Positions 16,348 to 25,647 of a stretch of DNA of 34,476 bases are shown piece by piece. This DNA comes from Methanothrix sp. (GTDB taxonomy: Archaea; Halobacteriota; Methanosarcinia; Methanotrichales; Methanotrichaceae). Within the stretch, counting starts at the first letter, position 1. Every line of letters starts with the position of its first letter. The notes below the pieces were generated by a model. It had not been told where the DNA came from, made no database searches, and worked only from the letters and a program-made list of their open reading frames with translations. The stretch covers positions 1 to 34,476 of the forward strand of contig JBFYLF010000001.1 of assembly GCA_041305505.1 (NCBI GenBank), written 5' to 3'. The translations under genes and the position numbers were made by a program.

Positions 16348-16941
16348 TCATCCTGGAAAGCATTCCCTTACCGTCGCCCGGACATCATCCAGCCAGGCAC
16401 CTCGCTGCTCGGGCGTACTGGTCACCACCACTCCGTAGACCTTGCGCCGGAAGTCAGCCACGCCGCACAGCCCGAAGATGCAGTTTTCCCAGATCGTCTG
16501 GAGCGGATCGCCGAATGCCTCCTGCTCCCTCTCTGGTGGGGTGTTGGAGGTGTTAAATACCAGGGCCCGCCGGATAGAGAGCAGCCCGCGCGGCACTCCC
16601 TCTCCGCTGTCGCCCTCCAGGAACTCATAAGCCACGCCAGGCCTGATCACCCTGTCCACCCAGCCCTTCAGTATTGCCGGGGGCATACCCCACCAGTTGG
16701 GATGGACAATGATGATCCCGTCAGCCAGAGCCAGCTCCCTGCAGTGCCCGGCGACTGGACCATCAAGCTTTGCGCCCTTTGGGATCTCTTCCCAGCCCAG
16801 GATGGGATCGAAGCACTCGGCATAAAGGTCATGAAAGATAACCTCGTGGCCGGCCGCCGCCAAAGCCTGCACGCCGGCCTCTGCTATGGCATGGTTGAAG
16901 CTTCCCGGATGGGGGTGTGCCAGAATCACCAGGACTATCAT
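16348..16941 (-). CDS. NAD(P)H-dependent oxidoreductase, Flavodoxin_2 (KefF/MdaB-like)
   Basis: LVILAHPHPGSFNHAI, HDLYAE.FDP and HPNWWGMPPAILKGWVDRV. Confidence 0.9.
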   Translation of the reverse strand: MIVLVILAHPHPGSFNHAIAEAGVQALAAAGHEVIFHDLYAECFDPILGWEEIPKGAKLDGPVAGHCRELALADGIIIVHPNWWGMPPAILKGWVDRVIRPGVAYEFLEGDSGEGVPRGLLSIRRALVFNTSNTPPEREQEAFGDPLQTIWENCIFGLCGVADFRRKVYGVVVTSTPEQRGAWLDDVRATVRECFPG

Positions 16942-17163
16942 AAGAAGTCCCTCCTTCTGCTATCCATTCGATCTATTAAAAACTCGATCTGTTTCATGAT
17001 TGGTATGTTTCATGAGCATATACAAAATTATCATCTTTTTCTCGTTTTGGTTATTTCATTGTGATCTATTCATAATGCCATCGATCTCTGAAATCGGAAT
17101 TTCCCCCAACCTGATTGGACATTTTGCGATCATAATTTCTCATAAACTTTAAGATGGAATCTC

Positions 17164-17176
17164 AAATACATATAAA
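17164..17176 (+). promoter_or_regulatory. TATA box of glnA
   Basis: AAATACATATAAA, nearly identical to AAATAGATATAAG upstream of gltB1. Confidence 0.5.
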
Positions 17177-17217
17177 TTTGGCTCAAGAGGATGTAGGGTT
17201 CAGGAGGCTAAATCAAA

Positions 17218-18552
17218 ATGGCCATGGATATTAAGACAAAAGAAGAGGTCTTTGAGGCAATTGATAAGTTTAATGTAAGATTCGTCAGAATCTGGTTCAC
17301 CGACATCCTGGGAGTTCCAAAGAGCTTCGCAATCAACCCTTCAGAACTTGACGGCGCATTCTCAGAGGGCATGGGCTTCGACGGCTCCTCCATCGAGGGC
17401 TTTGCCCGCATCCACGAGTCCGACATGGTTGCCAAGCCCGACCCGACCACATTCCAGCTCATACCCTGGAGGCAGCAGGAGAACGGCGTTGCGAGGATGT
17501 TCTGCGACATCCAGAATCCCGACGGCACCCCCTACGAGGGCGATCCCAGATACGTCCTCAAGAGAAACCTCGCCCGGCTCAAGGATAAGGGCTACAGCTT
17601 CCTCGTCGGACCTGAGCTTGAGTTCTTCTACTTCAAGAATGAGAACAGCACAGAGGTCCTCGACAACGGCGGATACTTCGACCTGACAACGGCAGACAAT
17701 GCATCAGATCTTCGCCGGGACACAATCTTAGCCCTTGACTCAATGGGAATAGATGTCGAATACAGCCACCACGAGGTCGCACCATCCCAGCATGAGATCG
17801 ACCTGCGCTACAAAGACGCCCTGGCTATGGCAGACACTGTGATGACATACAAGATCACAGTCAAGGAGATCGCCCGACGATACGGATATCATGCGAGCTT
17901 CATGCCAAAGCCCATCTTCGGCCAGAACGGCAGCGGAATGCACGTTCACCAGTCCCTCTTCCAGGGCAAGAGAAATGTGATGTTCGATGCAGGAGATGCC
18001 TACCACCTCTCAGACGAGGGCAAATACTACATAGCAGGCCTGCTCAAGCACGCGCCTGAGATCACAGCAGTCACAAACCAGTGGGTCAACTCATATAAGC
18101 GCCTGGTACCCGGATATGAAGCACCGGTCTACATCTGCTGGGCCAGAAGAAACAGATCCGCACTCGTCAGGGTCCCGATGTACAAGCCCGGAAAGGAGGC
18201 AGCCACAAGAGTCGAGTTCAGAAGCCCCGACCCTGCAGCTAATCCCTACCTGGCATTCTCTGTGATGCTGGCAGCGGGCCTCGCTGGCATAGCCAACAAG
18301 TACGAGCTGCCCGCGCCCCAGGAGGAGGACATCTACCACATGAGCGATGATGAGAGGAAGAAGGCGGGAATCACATCTCTCCCGGGAAGCCTCAACGACG
18401 CCATAGAGCTAGCAAAAGGAAGCAAGCTCATTCGCGAGGCTTTAGGCGAGCACGTCTTCAAGGCCTTTATCGCAAATAAAAAGGCAGAGTGGGACTCATA
18501 CCGGACAAACGTCACCAAGTGGGAGCTGGAGAGGTACCTTCCTCTGCTTTAA
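17218..18552 (+). CDS. glnA: Glutamine synthetase type I
   Basis: FDGSSIEGF, GPELEFF, HHEVAPSQHEI, FMPKP..GQNGSGMH, NSYKRLVPGYEAP and RVEFRSPD. Confidence 0.98.
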   Translation: MAMDIKTKEEVFEAIDKFNVRFVRIWFTDILGVPKSFAINPSELDGAFSEGMGFDGSSIEGFARIHESDMVAKPDPTTFQLIPWRQQENGVARMFCDIQNPDGTPYEGDPRYVLKRNLARLKDKGYSFLVGPELEFFYFKNENSTEVLDNGGYFDLTTADNASDLRRDTILALDSMGIDVEYSHHEVAPSQHEIDLRYKDALAMADTVMTYKITVKEIARRYGYHASFMPKPIFGQNGSGMHVHQSLFQGKRNVMFDAGDAYHLSDEGKYYIAGLLKHAPEITAVTNQWVNSYKRLVPGYEAPVYICWARRNRSALVRVPMYKPGKEAATRVEFRSPDPAANPYLAFSVMLAAGLAGIANKYELPAPQEEDIYHMSDDERKKAGITSLPGSLNDAIELAKGSKLIREALGEHVFKAFIANKKAEWDSYRTNVTKWELERYLPLL

Positions 18553-18569
18553 GGCCATAGTCCTCTCTC

Positions 18570-18584
18570 ATCTTCATTTTTTTA
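18570..18584 (+). terminator. Oligo-T terminator after glnA
   Basis: TCTTCATTTTTTTAT just downstream of the stop codon. Confidence 0.5.
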
Positions 18585-18721
18585 TGCAGGCCTTCGAAAA
18601 TCAAGAGGTCGCAGTGGGCCGCAGCACTATAATTGGTGCCTGAAGATCAGCGCCAGGGAAAAGGGAGAATTCATGAAGGAGAATGCAACAACAGGAACGA
18701 ATCTTCATCGACGGGCCCCTA

Positions 18722-18758
18722 TCATAACTAATATGAATGTTTCTTAAATAGATATAAG
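18722..18758 (+). promoter_or_regulatory. Promoter region of the gltB operon: palindrome plus TATA box
   Basis: TCATA-N5-TATGA (18722-18736) followed by AAATAGATATAAG. Confidence 0.45.
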
Positions 18759-18911
18759 GCAATTATGGATATCACAAATAGCCCCCAGGTATCAATCATC
18801 CGGGGCAAGGCTTGAATTGAGTGCAGAGGAATCTGATATATCTGAAAGATTACCTGATAAGAGGTCTGGGGCTAAAAAAGGACATAAGACTGGCTGGAGT
18901 TCGAGATTATT

Positions 18912-20039
18912 ATGCCAAGGATTAGAAGGGAGCTTTACTGCAAGGATATCTGCGCCTGCTCCATCTTCGGAGCCATGAACCGGGATGGTGAACGCTTCAA
19001 TGGAGGGGGCGTTATGAAGGCCATAGCCAACATGCACGTTCGCGGCAACGGTCTGGGAGGAGGGTTTGCTGCCTATGGCATATACCCGGAGTACAAGGAT
19101 TACTATGCCTTTCATCTAATGTTCACAGGCCCGAGCATGGAGGCCAAAAGAGATGCCAAGAGGGAGCTGGACGCTTTCTTATCCCAGAAATTCGATATTA
19201 TCCATGACGAGGAGATCCCTCATGCAGACGAAGAGACGGTTTCAAGCCCGCCTCTGATCTGGCGATACTTCGTCCTGCCGAATAAAAAGGGAGACGATAG
19301 TGAGCAGTCAGACGGAGATTACATAGTCTCGAATATCATGTGGATCAACACAAAGATCGAGGATGCTTATGTATTCTCTTCCGGCAAGAACATGGGCTGC
19401 TTCAAGGGCGTGGGCTACCCAGAAGAGATCGGAGAGTATTTCATGCTGGATCGGCTCTACCAGGCTTATGCCTGGACTGTCCACGGCCGCTTTCCAACAA
19501 ACACCCAGGCCTGGTGGGGCGGAGCCCATCCATTCAGCCTCCTTGACACCACAATCGTCCACAACGGCGAGATCTCATCTTACGGCACAAACCGCTGGTA
19601 CCTCGAGATGTACGGATATGCCTGTACGCTCCAGACCGACACCGAGGTCATAGCCTATGCTGCAGACCTGCTCATGAGAAGGCAGAAGCTTCCAATCGAG
19701 ATCGTGGCCAAGATCCTCGCTCCTCCGATCTGGAATTCCATCGATTCCATGAATGATTCAGAGAAGAAGCTGCTCACCACATTGAGGATGGTCTACGGCC
19801 CTCTGCTAATGAACGGGCCTTTTGCAGTCATCATCGGTCAGACTGGAAGGATGATAGGTCTGACAGACAGAATCAGGCTCCGGCCTCTTACGGCAGCCAC
19901 GAGAGGGGAGATGTTCTACCTCTCCTCCGAAGAAGCGTCGATTAGACTCATTTCGCCAGAGCTTGACCGCGTCTGGACGCCAAATGGAGGCGAACCGGTC
20001 GTAGGCGAGCTAAACAGCATGAGGAAGGTTTTCCAATGA
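18912..20039 (+). CDS. gltB1: Glutamate synthase amidotransferase subunit (domain 1, class II GATase)
   Basis: ACSIFG nucleophile, RGNGLGGGF, HGRFPTNT, GAHPF, HNGEISSYG, TDTEV and DRIRLRP. Confidence 0.92.
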   Translation: MPRIRRELYCKDICACSIFGAMNRDGERFNGGGVMKAIANMHVRGNGLGGGFAAYGIYPEYKDYYAFHLMFTGPSMEAKRDAKRELDAFLSQKFDIIHDEEIPHADEETVSSPPLIWRYFVLPNKKGDDSEQSDGDYIVSNIMWINTKIEDAYVFSSGKNMGCFKGVGYPEEIGEYFMLDRLYQAYAWTVHGRFPTNTQAWWGGAHPFSLLDTTIVHNGEISSYGTNRWYLEMYGYACTLQTDTEVIAYAADLLMRRQKLPIEIVAKILAPPIWNSIDSMNDSEKKLLTTLRMVYGPLLMNGPFAVIIGQTGRMIGLTDRIRLRPLTAATRGEMFYLSSEEASIRLISPELDRVWTPNGGEPVVGELNSMRKVFQ

Positions 20040-21550
20040 AATCATTCGTCTTTCCGGAGTTCCAGATCATAAGGGATGAAAAGAAGTGCGGCCAGTGCAG
20101 AGGTTGTGAGCGGCAGTGCGCCTTTGGCACCCACGTCTACGATCCCGTGCAGGATCGGCTGGTATCCGACGACTACAAATGCGTCGGATGCCAGAGATGT
20201 GCAGTCTTCTGCCCCAAGGATGCGATAGTCGTAAGGCCGTCTCCATCGTACTACAGGCCCAACGCCTCCTGGTCGCGCGAAAAGATAGAGGATCTCAAGA
20301 AGCAGGCAGAGACTGGCGGCGTGATCCTCACGGGTTCCGGAAATGATAAGCCGTTTCGGATTTACTGGGACCATATAGTGCTCAATGCCTCTCAGGTCAC
20401 AAACCCCTCAATCGATCCCCTGAGAGAGCCTATGGAGCTGAGAACATTCCTGGGAGCCAAGCCGGACATGATGGACATCTCAACCGAAGGGGGGAATGTG
20501 AAGATCAATACGAAGATCTCCCCCAACCTGATGGTTGAGACGCCCATACTCTTCTCAGCAATGTCCTACGGTGCCATAAGCTACAACGCCTTCCGCTCTC
20601 TGGCAACAGCCGCCTGCAAGTCAGGGATATTTTTCAATACGGGAGAGGGCGGCCTTCCGAGAGAGATGAGAGCAGAGTTTGGAAGGTGTGCCATAGTCCA
20701 GGTCGCCTCCGGCCGGTTCGGAATAGACGCCGAGTACCTCAACTGCGCATCAGCCGTCGAGATCAAGGTCGGCCAGGGGGCAAAGCCGGGCATCGGAGGC
20801 CACCTGCCCGGAGAGAAGGTGTCTCAGGCTGTCGCAGAGACGCGGATGATTCCCCAGGGAACCGATGCGATATCGCCGGCGCCGCATCACGACATCTACT
20901 CTATAGAAGATCTATCGATGCTGATCAATGCTCTCAAGGAAGCCACGAACTACGAAAAGCCGATCTCAGTGAAGATAGCTGCAGTCCACAACTTCGCAGC
21001 CATAGCCTCGGGAATAGTGCGGGCCGGGGCCGATATCATCGCCATCGACGGCCTGAGGGGTGGAACGGGAGCAGCACCCAAGGCGATCAGGGACAATGTC
21101 GGAATTCCAATTGAGCTTGCCATATCATCCCTCGATCGGAGGCTGCGAAGCGAGGGAATCAGAAACAGGTGCTCGATCATTGCGGCTGGCGGAATTCGTT
21201 GCAGCTCAGATGTGATCAAGGCTATAGCTCTAGGCGCCGATGCCGTTTATATCGGATCTGCTGCATTGATTGCCATGGGCTGCACCCTCTGCCAGAAGTG
21301 CTATACGGGCAAATGCAACTGGGGAATATGCTCCTCGGACCCGCGCCTATCAGGCAGGCTGAATGTCGATATCGCATCGCAGAGGCTGTCAAACCTGATA
21401 TCCGCATGGTCGCATGAGGTCGCTGAGATGCTTGGCGGAATGGGCATAAATGCCCTCGAGAGCCTGAGGGGTAACAGGGATCACCTGAGAGGCGTGGGCT
21501 TGCACGAGTGGGAGCTGGATGTCCTGGGAATCAAGGGTGCCGGAGAGTGA
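20036..21550 (+). CDS. gltB2: Glutamate synthase FMN-binding subunit (domain 2) with an N-terminal 2[4Fe-4S] domain
   Basis: Two CxxCxxCxxxC motifs; MSYGAIS, NTGEGG, QVASGRFG, IKVGQGAKPGIGGHLPGEKV and CTLCQKCYTGKC. Confidence 0.95.
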   Translation: MKSFVFPEFQIIRDEKKCGQCRGCERQCAFGTHVYDPVQDRLVSDDYKCVGCQRCAVFCPKDAIVVRPSPSYYRPNASWSREKIEDLKKQAETGGVILTGSGNDKPFRIYWDHIVLNASQVTNPSIDPLREPMELRTFLGAKPDMMDISTEGGNVKINTKISPNLMVETPILFSAMSYGAISYNAFRSLATAACKSGIFFNTGEGGLPREMRAEFGRCAIVQVASGRFGIDAEYLNCASAVEIKVGQGAKPGIGGHLPGEKVSQAVAETRMIPQGTDAISPAPHHDIYSIEDLSMLINALKEATNYEKPISVKIAAVHNFAAIASGIVRAGADIIAIDGLRGGTGAAPKAIRDNVGIPIELAISSLDRRLRSEGIRNRCSIIAAGGIRCSSDVIKAIALGADAVYIGSAALIAMGCTLCQKCYTGKCNWGICSSDPRLSGRLNVDIASQRLSNLISAWSHEVAEMLGGMGINALESLRGNRDHLRGVGLHEWELDVLGIKGAGE

Positions 21551-21563
21551 GGGGAGAGAAAAA

Positions 21564-22379
21564 ATGGAGAGAGCTGTCCTATCAGGCTGCGGCGCAGGCA
21601 CCGCTGAAGAGGCCTCCTGCCCTCAAGAGGATGTTGCCGAGGTCGATGCAACGAAGCTGCAGACAAGAGAGCTGAATGATCGCCTCAGGGAGCTTATGCT
21701 CTCTGGCAAGAAGAAGATCTTCATCAGAAATGTCTTTGGCCAGAGGTACATCGGCACCCGTCTTTACACGCCGGAGCGTCTCAGAGTCGATATAGAGATA
21801 TTCGGGACTCCCGGAAACGACCTGGCAGCCTTTCTATCCGGCCACAAGATAACAGTCCACGGAAACGCCCAGGACGGCGTTGGGAACACAATGGACAGCG
21901 GCGAGGTGGTCGTGGAGGGTCGGGCAGGAGACGTCCTCGGCTTTTCAATGCGGGGAGGCGAGATCTACGTCAGGGATAGCTGCGGCTACAGAACTGCCCT
22001 GCACATGAAGGAGTACGAAAGCAAGAGACCTGTCATTGTCATAGGCGGCAGCGCCCAGGACTTTCTGGGCGAGTACATGGCAGGAGGAATTGTGATCCTC
22101 CTCGATCTCTATCACCAGGGCCACAGCTCCAATTTCATAGGCACCGGCATGCACGGGGGTGCGATCTACCTCCGGGGCAGCGTGGAAAGCTCTCAGGTCG
22201 GAGATCAGGTGGCAATCTCTCCCATAGATGAAGGAGACCGCCCTGTGCTGGAGCATTATGTCTCAATGTTCCTGGAACGCTTTCCAGAGGCCGGAGCTGA
22301 AGATGAGATCCTTAAAAGCCCCTTCGTCAAGCTGACTCCTAAGTCGAAGAGGCCATACAGCAAGCTTTATACATACTAA
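21564..22379 (+). CDS. gltB3: Glutamate synthase GXGXG beta-helix subunit (domain 3)
   Basis: GQRYIG, GTPGNDL, HGNAQDGVGNTM and DFLGEYMAGG. Confidence 0.92.
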   Translation: MERAVLSGCGAGTAEEASCPQEDVAEVDATKLQTRELNDRLRELMLSGKKKIFIRNVFGQRYIGTRLYTPERLRVDIEIFGTPGNDLAAFLSGHKITVHGNAQDGVGNTMDSGEVVVEGRAGDVLGFSMRGGEIYVRDSCGYRTALHMKEYESKRPVIVIGGSAQDFLGEYMAGGIVILLDLYHQGHSSNFIGTGMHGGAIYLRGSVESSQVGDQVAISPIDEGDRPVLEHYVSMFLERFPEAGAEDEILKSPFVKLTPKSKRPYSKLYTY

Positions 22380-22393
22380 ATATATCGTCAGGG

Positions 22394-24439
22394 ATGAAGA
22401 TGACAAAAGTGCTTGTTCCTACGGTCTGTCCATATTGCGGCGCAGGCTGCGGTTTTTTCGTTTCAGTCGAGAGAGAGCGGGCCACCGGGATAGAATACAT
22501 GCCCGGCCATCCCGTCAGCGAGGGGGCCTTATGCTCCAAAGGAAATGCTGCTCTGGAGATAATCTATCACCCCGAGAGGCTCACGGCTCCCCTCAAGAGA
22601 AAAGGCGACGGCTGGGCCAGGATCTCATGGGATGAGGCGATGGATCTTGTGGCCAGGGGGCTAAGCGGGCCGATGAAGGCGCTCGGCCCTGAAAGCCTCG
22701 CAGTTCTCTCATCCTCCAAGTGCAGCAACGAGGAGAATTACCTGATCGAGAAGCTATGCAGAATGCTCGGCTCCCCAAATATCGACAACTGCGCCAGGCT
22801 CTGTCATGCCCCCTCGGTCGTCGGACTGAACCGGACGCTTGGAGCCGCCGGAATGACAAACCCCATACCGGACATTGCCAGCTCAAAATGCATATTCATA
22901 ATCGGATCGAACCTGGCCGAGAACCATCCCGTCATCTCGCGCTGGGTCCACAGAGCAAAGGACGACGGGGCGGTGGTGATCGTAGCCGATCCCAGGGCCA
23001 CTCATACCTCCTGGATGGCAGATGTCTTCCTGCAACTCAAGCCCGGAACGGATGTCGCTCTCCTCAGCGGCATGGCCCATGTGATCATCAAAGAGGGGCT
23101 GGTCGACAGGGATTACATAGCACAGAGGACGACCGGTTTTGAGGCTCTGGCCGAGGCTGCAGGGGAGTTCACACCTGAGAGGACGTCTGAGATCACAGGC
23201 GTCTCAGCCGGAGATATAGTTCGGGCTGCAAGAGCCTATGCACTCTCGCCGGCGTCGGCCATACTCTACTCGATGGGGATAACTCAGCACAGCACAGGCA
23301 CAGACAATGTTCAGGCGGTCTCGAATCTGGCGCTGATCTGCGGCCACATCGGAAGGCCCGGAACAGGAGTCATGCCACTACGAGGCCAGAACAATGTTCA
23401 GGGAGCCTGCGATATGGGGGCTTTGGCCGAGTTTTATCCGGGCTACAGGAAGGCGGACGATCCTGAGACGATCAGATACTTCTCTTCTGCCTGGAATGCC
23501 AGGAGCCTTCCTATGGGGCCGGGGCTCACAGCCACGCAGATGATAGAGGAGGCCGCCGCCGGGAAGATCAAGGCCATGTACATCGTCGGAGAAGATCCAG
23601 CCAACTCGGACCCATGCAGTGAGCACGTCAAAGAGGCTCTGGAGAGCCTGGACTTTCTGGTAGTCCAGGATATCTTCATGACGGCAACAGCTCAGCTTGC
23701 CGATGTCGTCCTGCCAGGAGCCGTCTGGGCTGAAAAGGAGGGAAGCTTCACAAATACGGAGAGGCGAGTTCAGTGGAGCAGCAAGGCTCTTCACCCGCCT
23801 GGAGATGCGCGCTCCGACCTTGAGATCGTCTGCAAGGTCGCAAGAGCGATGGGCCTCGACGACTTTGAGTATCCTGATGCTCCAAGCGTTCTTGCAGAGA
23901 TCAACCGAACGGTTCCCCAGTATGCAGGCATCAGCCGTGAGCGGCTGGGGAGCAGCGGGCTAATCTGGCCCTGTCCGGCTTCAGATCATCCGGGAACTCC
24001 CATCCTGCACATGGCAGGCTTCAAGCTTCCAGGAGGCAAGGCAAGCATCGTCCCTGTTCCTTACAGGCCTGCGGCTGAGGACGCAAGCTGGGACTATCCC
24101 TTTGTCCTGACGACCGGAAGGGTAGCGGTTCACCATAATGCAGGATCGATGACCAGGAGAAGCCCTTCACTCATAAGCCGCGAGCCGGATCTCTATATTG
24201 AGATGAACAGCGCCGATGCAGTGAGGCTCAAGGTCTCGGAGGGCGATGAGGTTACAGTAGAGACGCCCCGTGGGGAGAGCGCGGCATACGCACGGATCAC
24301 GGATAGCGTCAAGAAGGGTGTCGTGTTCATGCCTTTTCATTTCCCCGGAACCAATATCCTGACCTCTGAGGTCACAGACCCAGAGGCCAGGATACCCGAG
24401 TTCAAGGTCTCGGCCTGCAGGATCACGAGGAGGGACTAA
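22394..24439 (+). CDS. fdhF: Formate dehydrogenase alpha subunit (FdhF-like, Cys-type Mo/W-bisPGD)
   Basis: CPYCGAGC...LCSKG [4Fe-4S]; DNCARLCH metal ligand plus His; PLRGQNNVQGACDMG with the catalytic Arg; EKEGSFTNTERR. No Tat signal. Confidence 0.92.
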   Translation: MKMTKVLVPTVCPYCGAGCGFFVSVERERATGIEYMPGHPVSEGALCSKGNAALEIIYHPERLTAPLKRKGDGWARISWDEAMDLVARGLSGPMKALGPESLAVLSSSKCSNEENYLIEKLCRMLGSPNIDNCARLCHAPSVVGLNRTLGAAGMTNPIPDIASSKCIFIIGSNLAENHPVISRWVHRAKDDGAVVIVADPRATHTSWMADVFLQLKPGTDVALLSGMAHVIIKEGLVDRDYIAQRTTGFEALAEAAGEFTPERTSEITGVSAGDIVRAARAYALSPASAILYSMGITQHSTGTDNVQAVSNLALICGHIGRPGTGVMPLRGQNNVQGACDMGALAEFYPGYRKADDPETIRYFSSAWNARSLPMGPGLTATQMIEEAAAGKIKAMYIVGEDPANSDPCSEHVKEALESLDFLVVQDIFMTATAQLADVVLPGAVWAEKEGSFTNTERRVQWSSKALHPPGDARSDLEIVCKVARAMGLDDFEYPDAPSVLAEINRTVPQYAGISRERLGSSGLIWPCPASDHPGTPILHMAGFKLPGGKASIVPVPYRPAAEDASWDYPFVLTTGRVAVHHNAGSMTRRSPSLISREPDLYIEMNSADAVRLKVSEGDEVTVETPRGESAAYARITDSVKKGVVFMPFHFPGTNILTSEVTDPEARIPEFKVSACRITRRD

Positions 24440-24443
24440 AAAG

Positions 24444-24884
24444 ATGCCTGTTTATATTGATATCAGCAGATGCATTGGCTGCAGGTCCTGCGAGGTCGCC
24501 TGCCAGAGGGTGCACGGTGGAAGTGGGCATATCAATGTTCATTATGTCGGTGACTATGCCGCGGTTCCGATCTTCTGTCATCACTGCGAGGATGCTTTCT
24601 GCACCAAGGCCTGCTTCACCGGAGCTCTTCATAAAGACGGCGAGCGCACCGCCTTTGATGTGGAGAAGTGCACCGGCTGCGGCCTGTGCGCTCTTGCATG
24701 TCCATTCGGGGTCGTCTGGACTGACAAGATAGCTCATAAGTGCGATCTGTGCGAGGGGCGCGAGGGCGGGCCGGCATGCGTTGCCACCTGTCCTGCCAAT
24801 GCTCTCTCGACGGATTTTGATCTGGCGTCTCGCCGGGCAAGGGCTCGTGCGGCCAGAGCTGCCGCACTGGGGGGTAGAAGATGA
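24444..24884 (+). CDS. 4Fe-4S dicluster electron-transfer subunit (HycB/HydN/CooF-like)
   Basis: CIGCRSCEVAC, CHHCEDAFC, CTGCGLCALACP and KCDLC...PACVATCP. Confidence 0.9.
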   Translation: MPVYIDISRCIGCRSCEVACQRVHGGSGHINVHYVGDYAAVPIFCHHCEDAFCTKACFTGALHKDGERTAFDVEKCTGCGLCALACPFGVVWTDKIAHKCDLCEGREGGPACVATCPANALSTDFDLASRRARARAARAAALGGRR

Positions 24885-25300
24885 TCAGAGTTGATGCCAG
24901 CCTCTGTCTGGGCTGCATGTCCTGCTCAAATGTCTGTCCGAGCCAGAACATCACCCGGATCGAGGAGTTGGCAAAGAGGACCATTCACTGGAAGAAGTGC
25001 AAAGAGGAGTGCGATTTATGCGTTGAGTTCTGCCCGGCCAAAGCCCTGACGCTGGTGGCCTGGGACGAGAGCGTGCCGGAAAGCGAGGTCTCCTTCGATC
25101 TTTTAGCCTGCAAGATTTGCGGATCGCGCTATGCCACAGAGCCGATGCTCCGGAGGATTGAGTCAACGCTTCCAGCCGAGGCTCAGAAAGATTCAAGCGG
25201 CCTGCATTGGGTCCGGGTCTGTCCGGTTTGCCGGCGAAATATCGAAGCTGAGAGGGCGGCCAGGGAGATGGTGCTCGGAAGGAGCAGAAAGAGCATCTGA
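24881..25300 (+). CDS. 4Fe-4S binding protein
   Basis: CLGCMSCSNVCP, CKEECDLCVEFCP, CKIC and CPVC; ATGA overlap with the upstream gene. Confidence 0.88.
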   Translation: MIRVDASLCLGCMSCSNVCPSQNITRIEELAKRTIHWKKCKEECDLCVEFCPAKALTLVAWDESVPESEVSFDLLACKICGSRYATEPMLRRIESTLPAEAQKDSSGLHWVRVCPVCRRNIEAERAAREMVLGRSRKSI

Positions 25301-25328
25301 AAAGGGGAGGCTGCTCTTTTCTCCAAAT

Positions 25329-25580
25329 CTATTTCGGTGATTCAACCTTTTTAACTGCAAAAATATATAGCGCTGCCATCAAAGACAAGCCGGCAAAGAG
25401 ATCAAATCCAGGAGTTTCTGCTCTCTCTGCAGTCTCATTGGGTGCAACGGCTTCTTCTGCCTTCCTCTCGGGTTCAGGCCAAACTTCTTTTATATAGCCC
25501 TCGTAGCTGTTAACGTAATCATTCTCCTTGAGCTGCACCAACTTCGATCCTTCCCAAGTGAGATCTAAACACGTACCCTG
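25329..25580 (-). pseudogene. C-terminal remnant of a PGF-CTERM (archaeosortase-anchored) surface protein
   Basis: Linker, then TPGF, a hydrophobic helix and a basic KK tail; no signal peptide or credible start. Confidence 0.65.
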
Positions 25581-25647
25581 AAAACAATGATCAGGGCGAA
25601 AACCCAATGATCAGGTTTCCGCCCGCTTCCGATTCCAGCGCGGTACC

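Noticed and set aside
22394-24439. Selenocysteine-type formate dehydrogenase
   Set aside because: The ligand codon is TGT (Cys) in CARLCH and the frame has no internal TGA.
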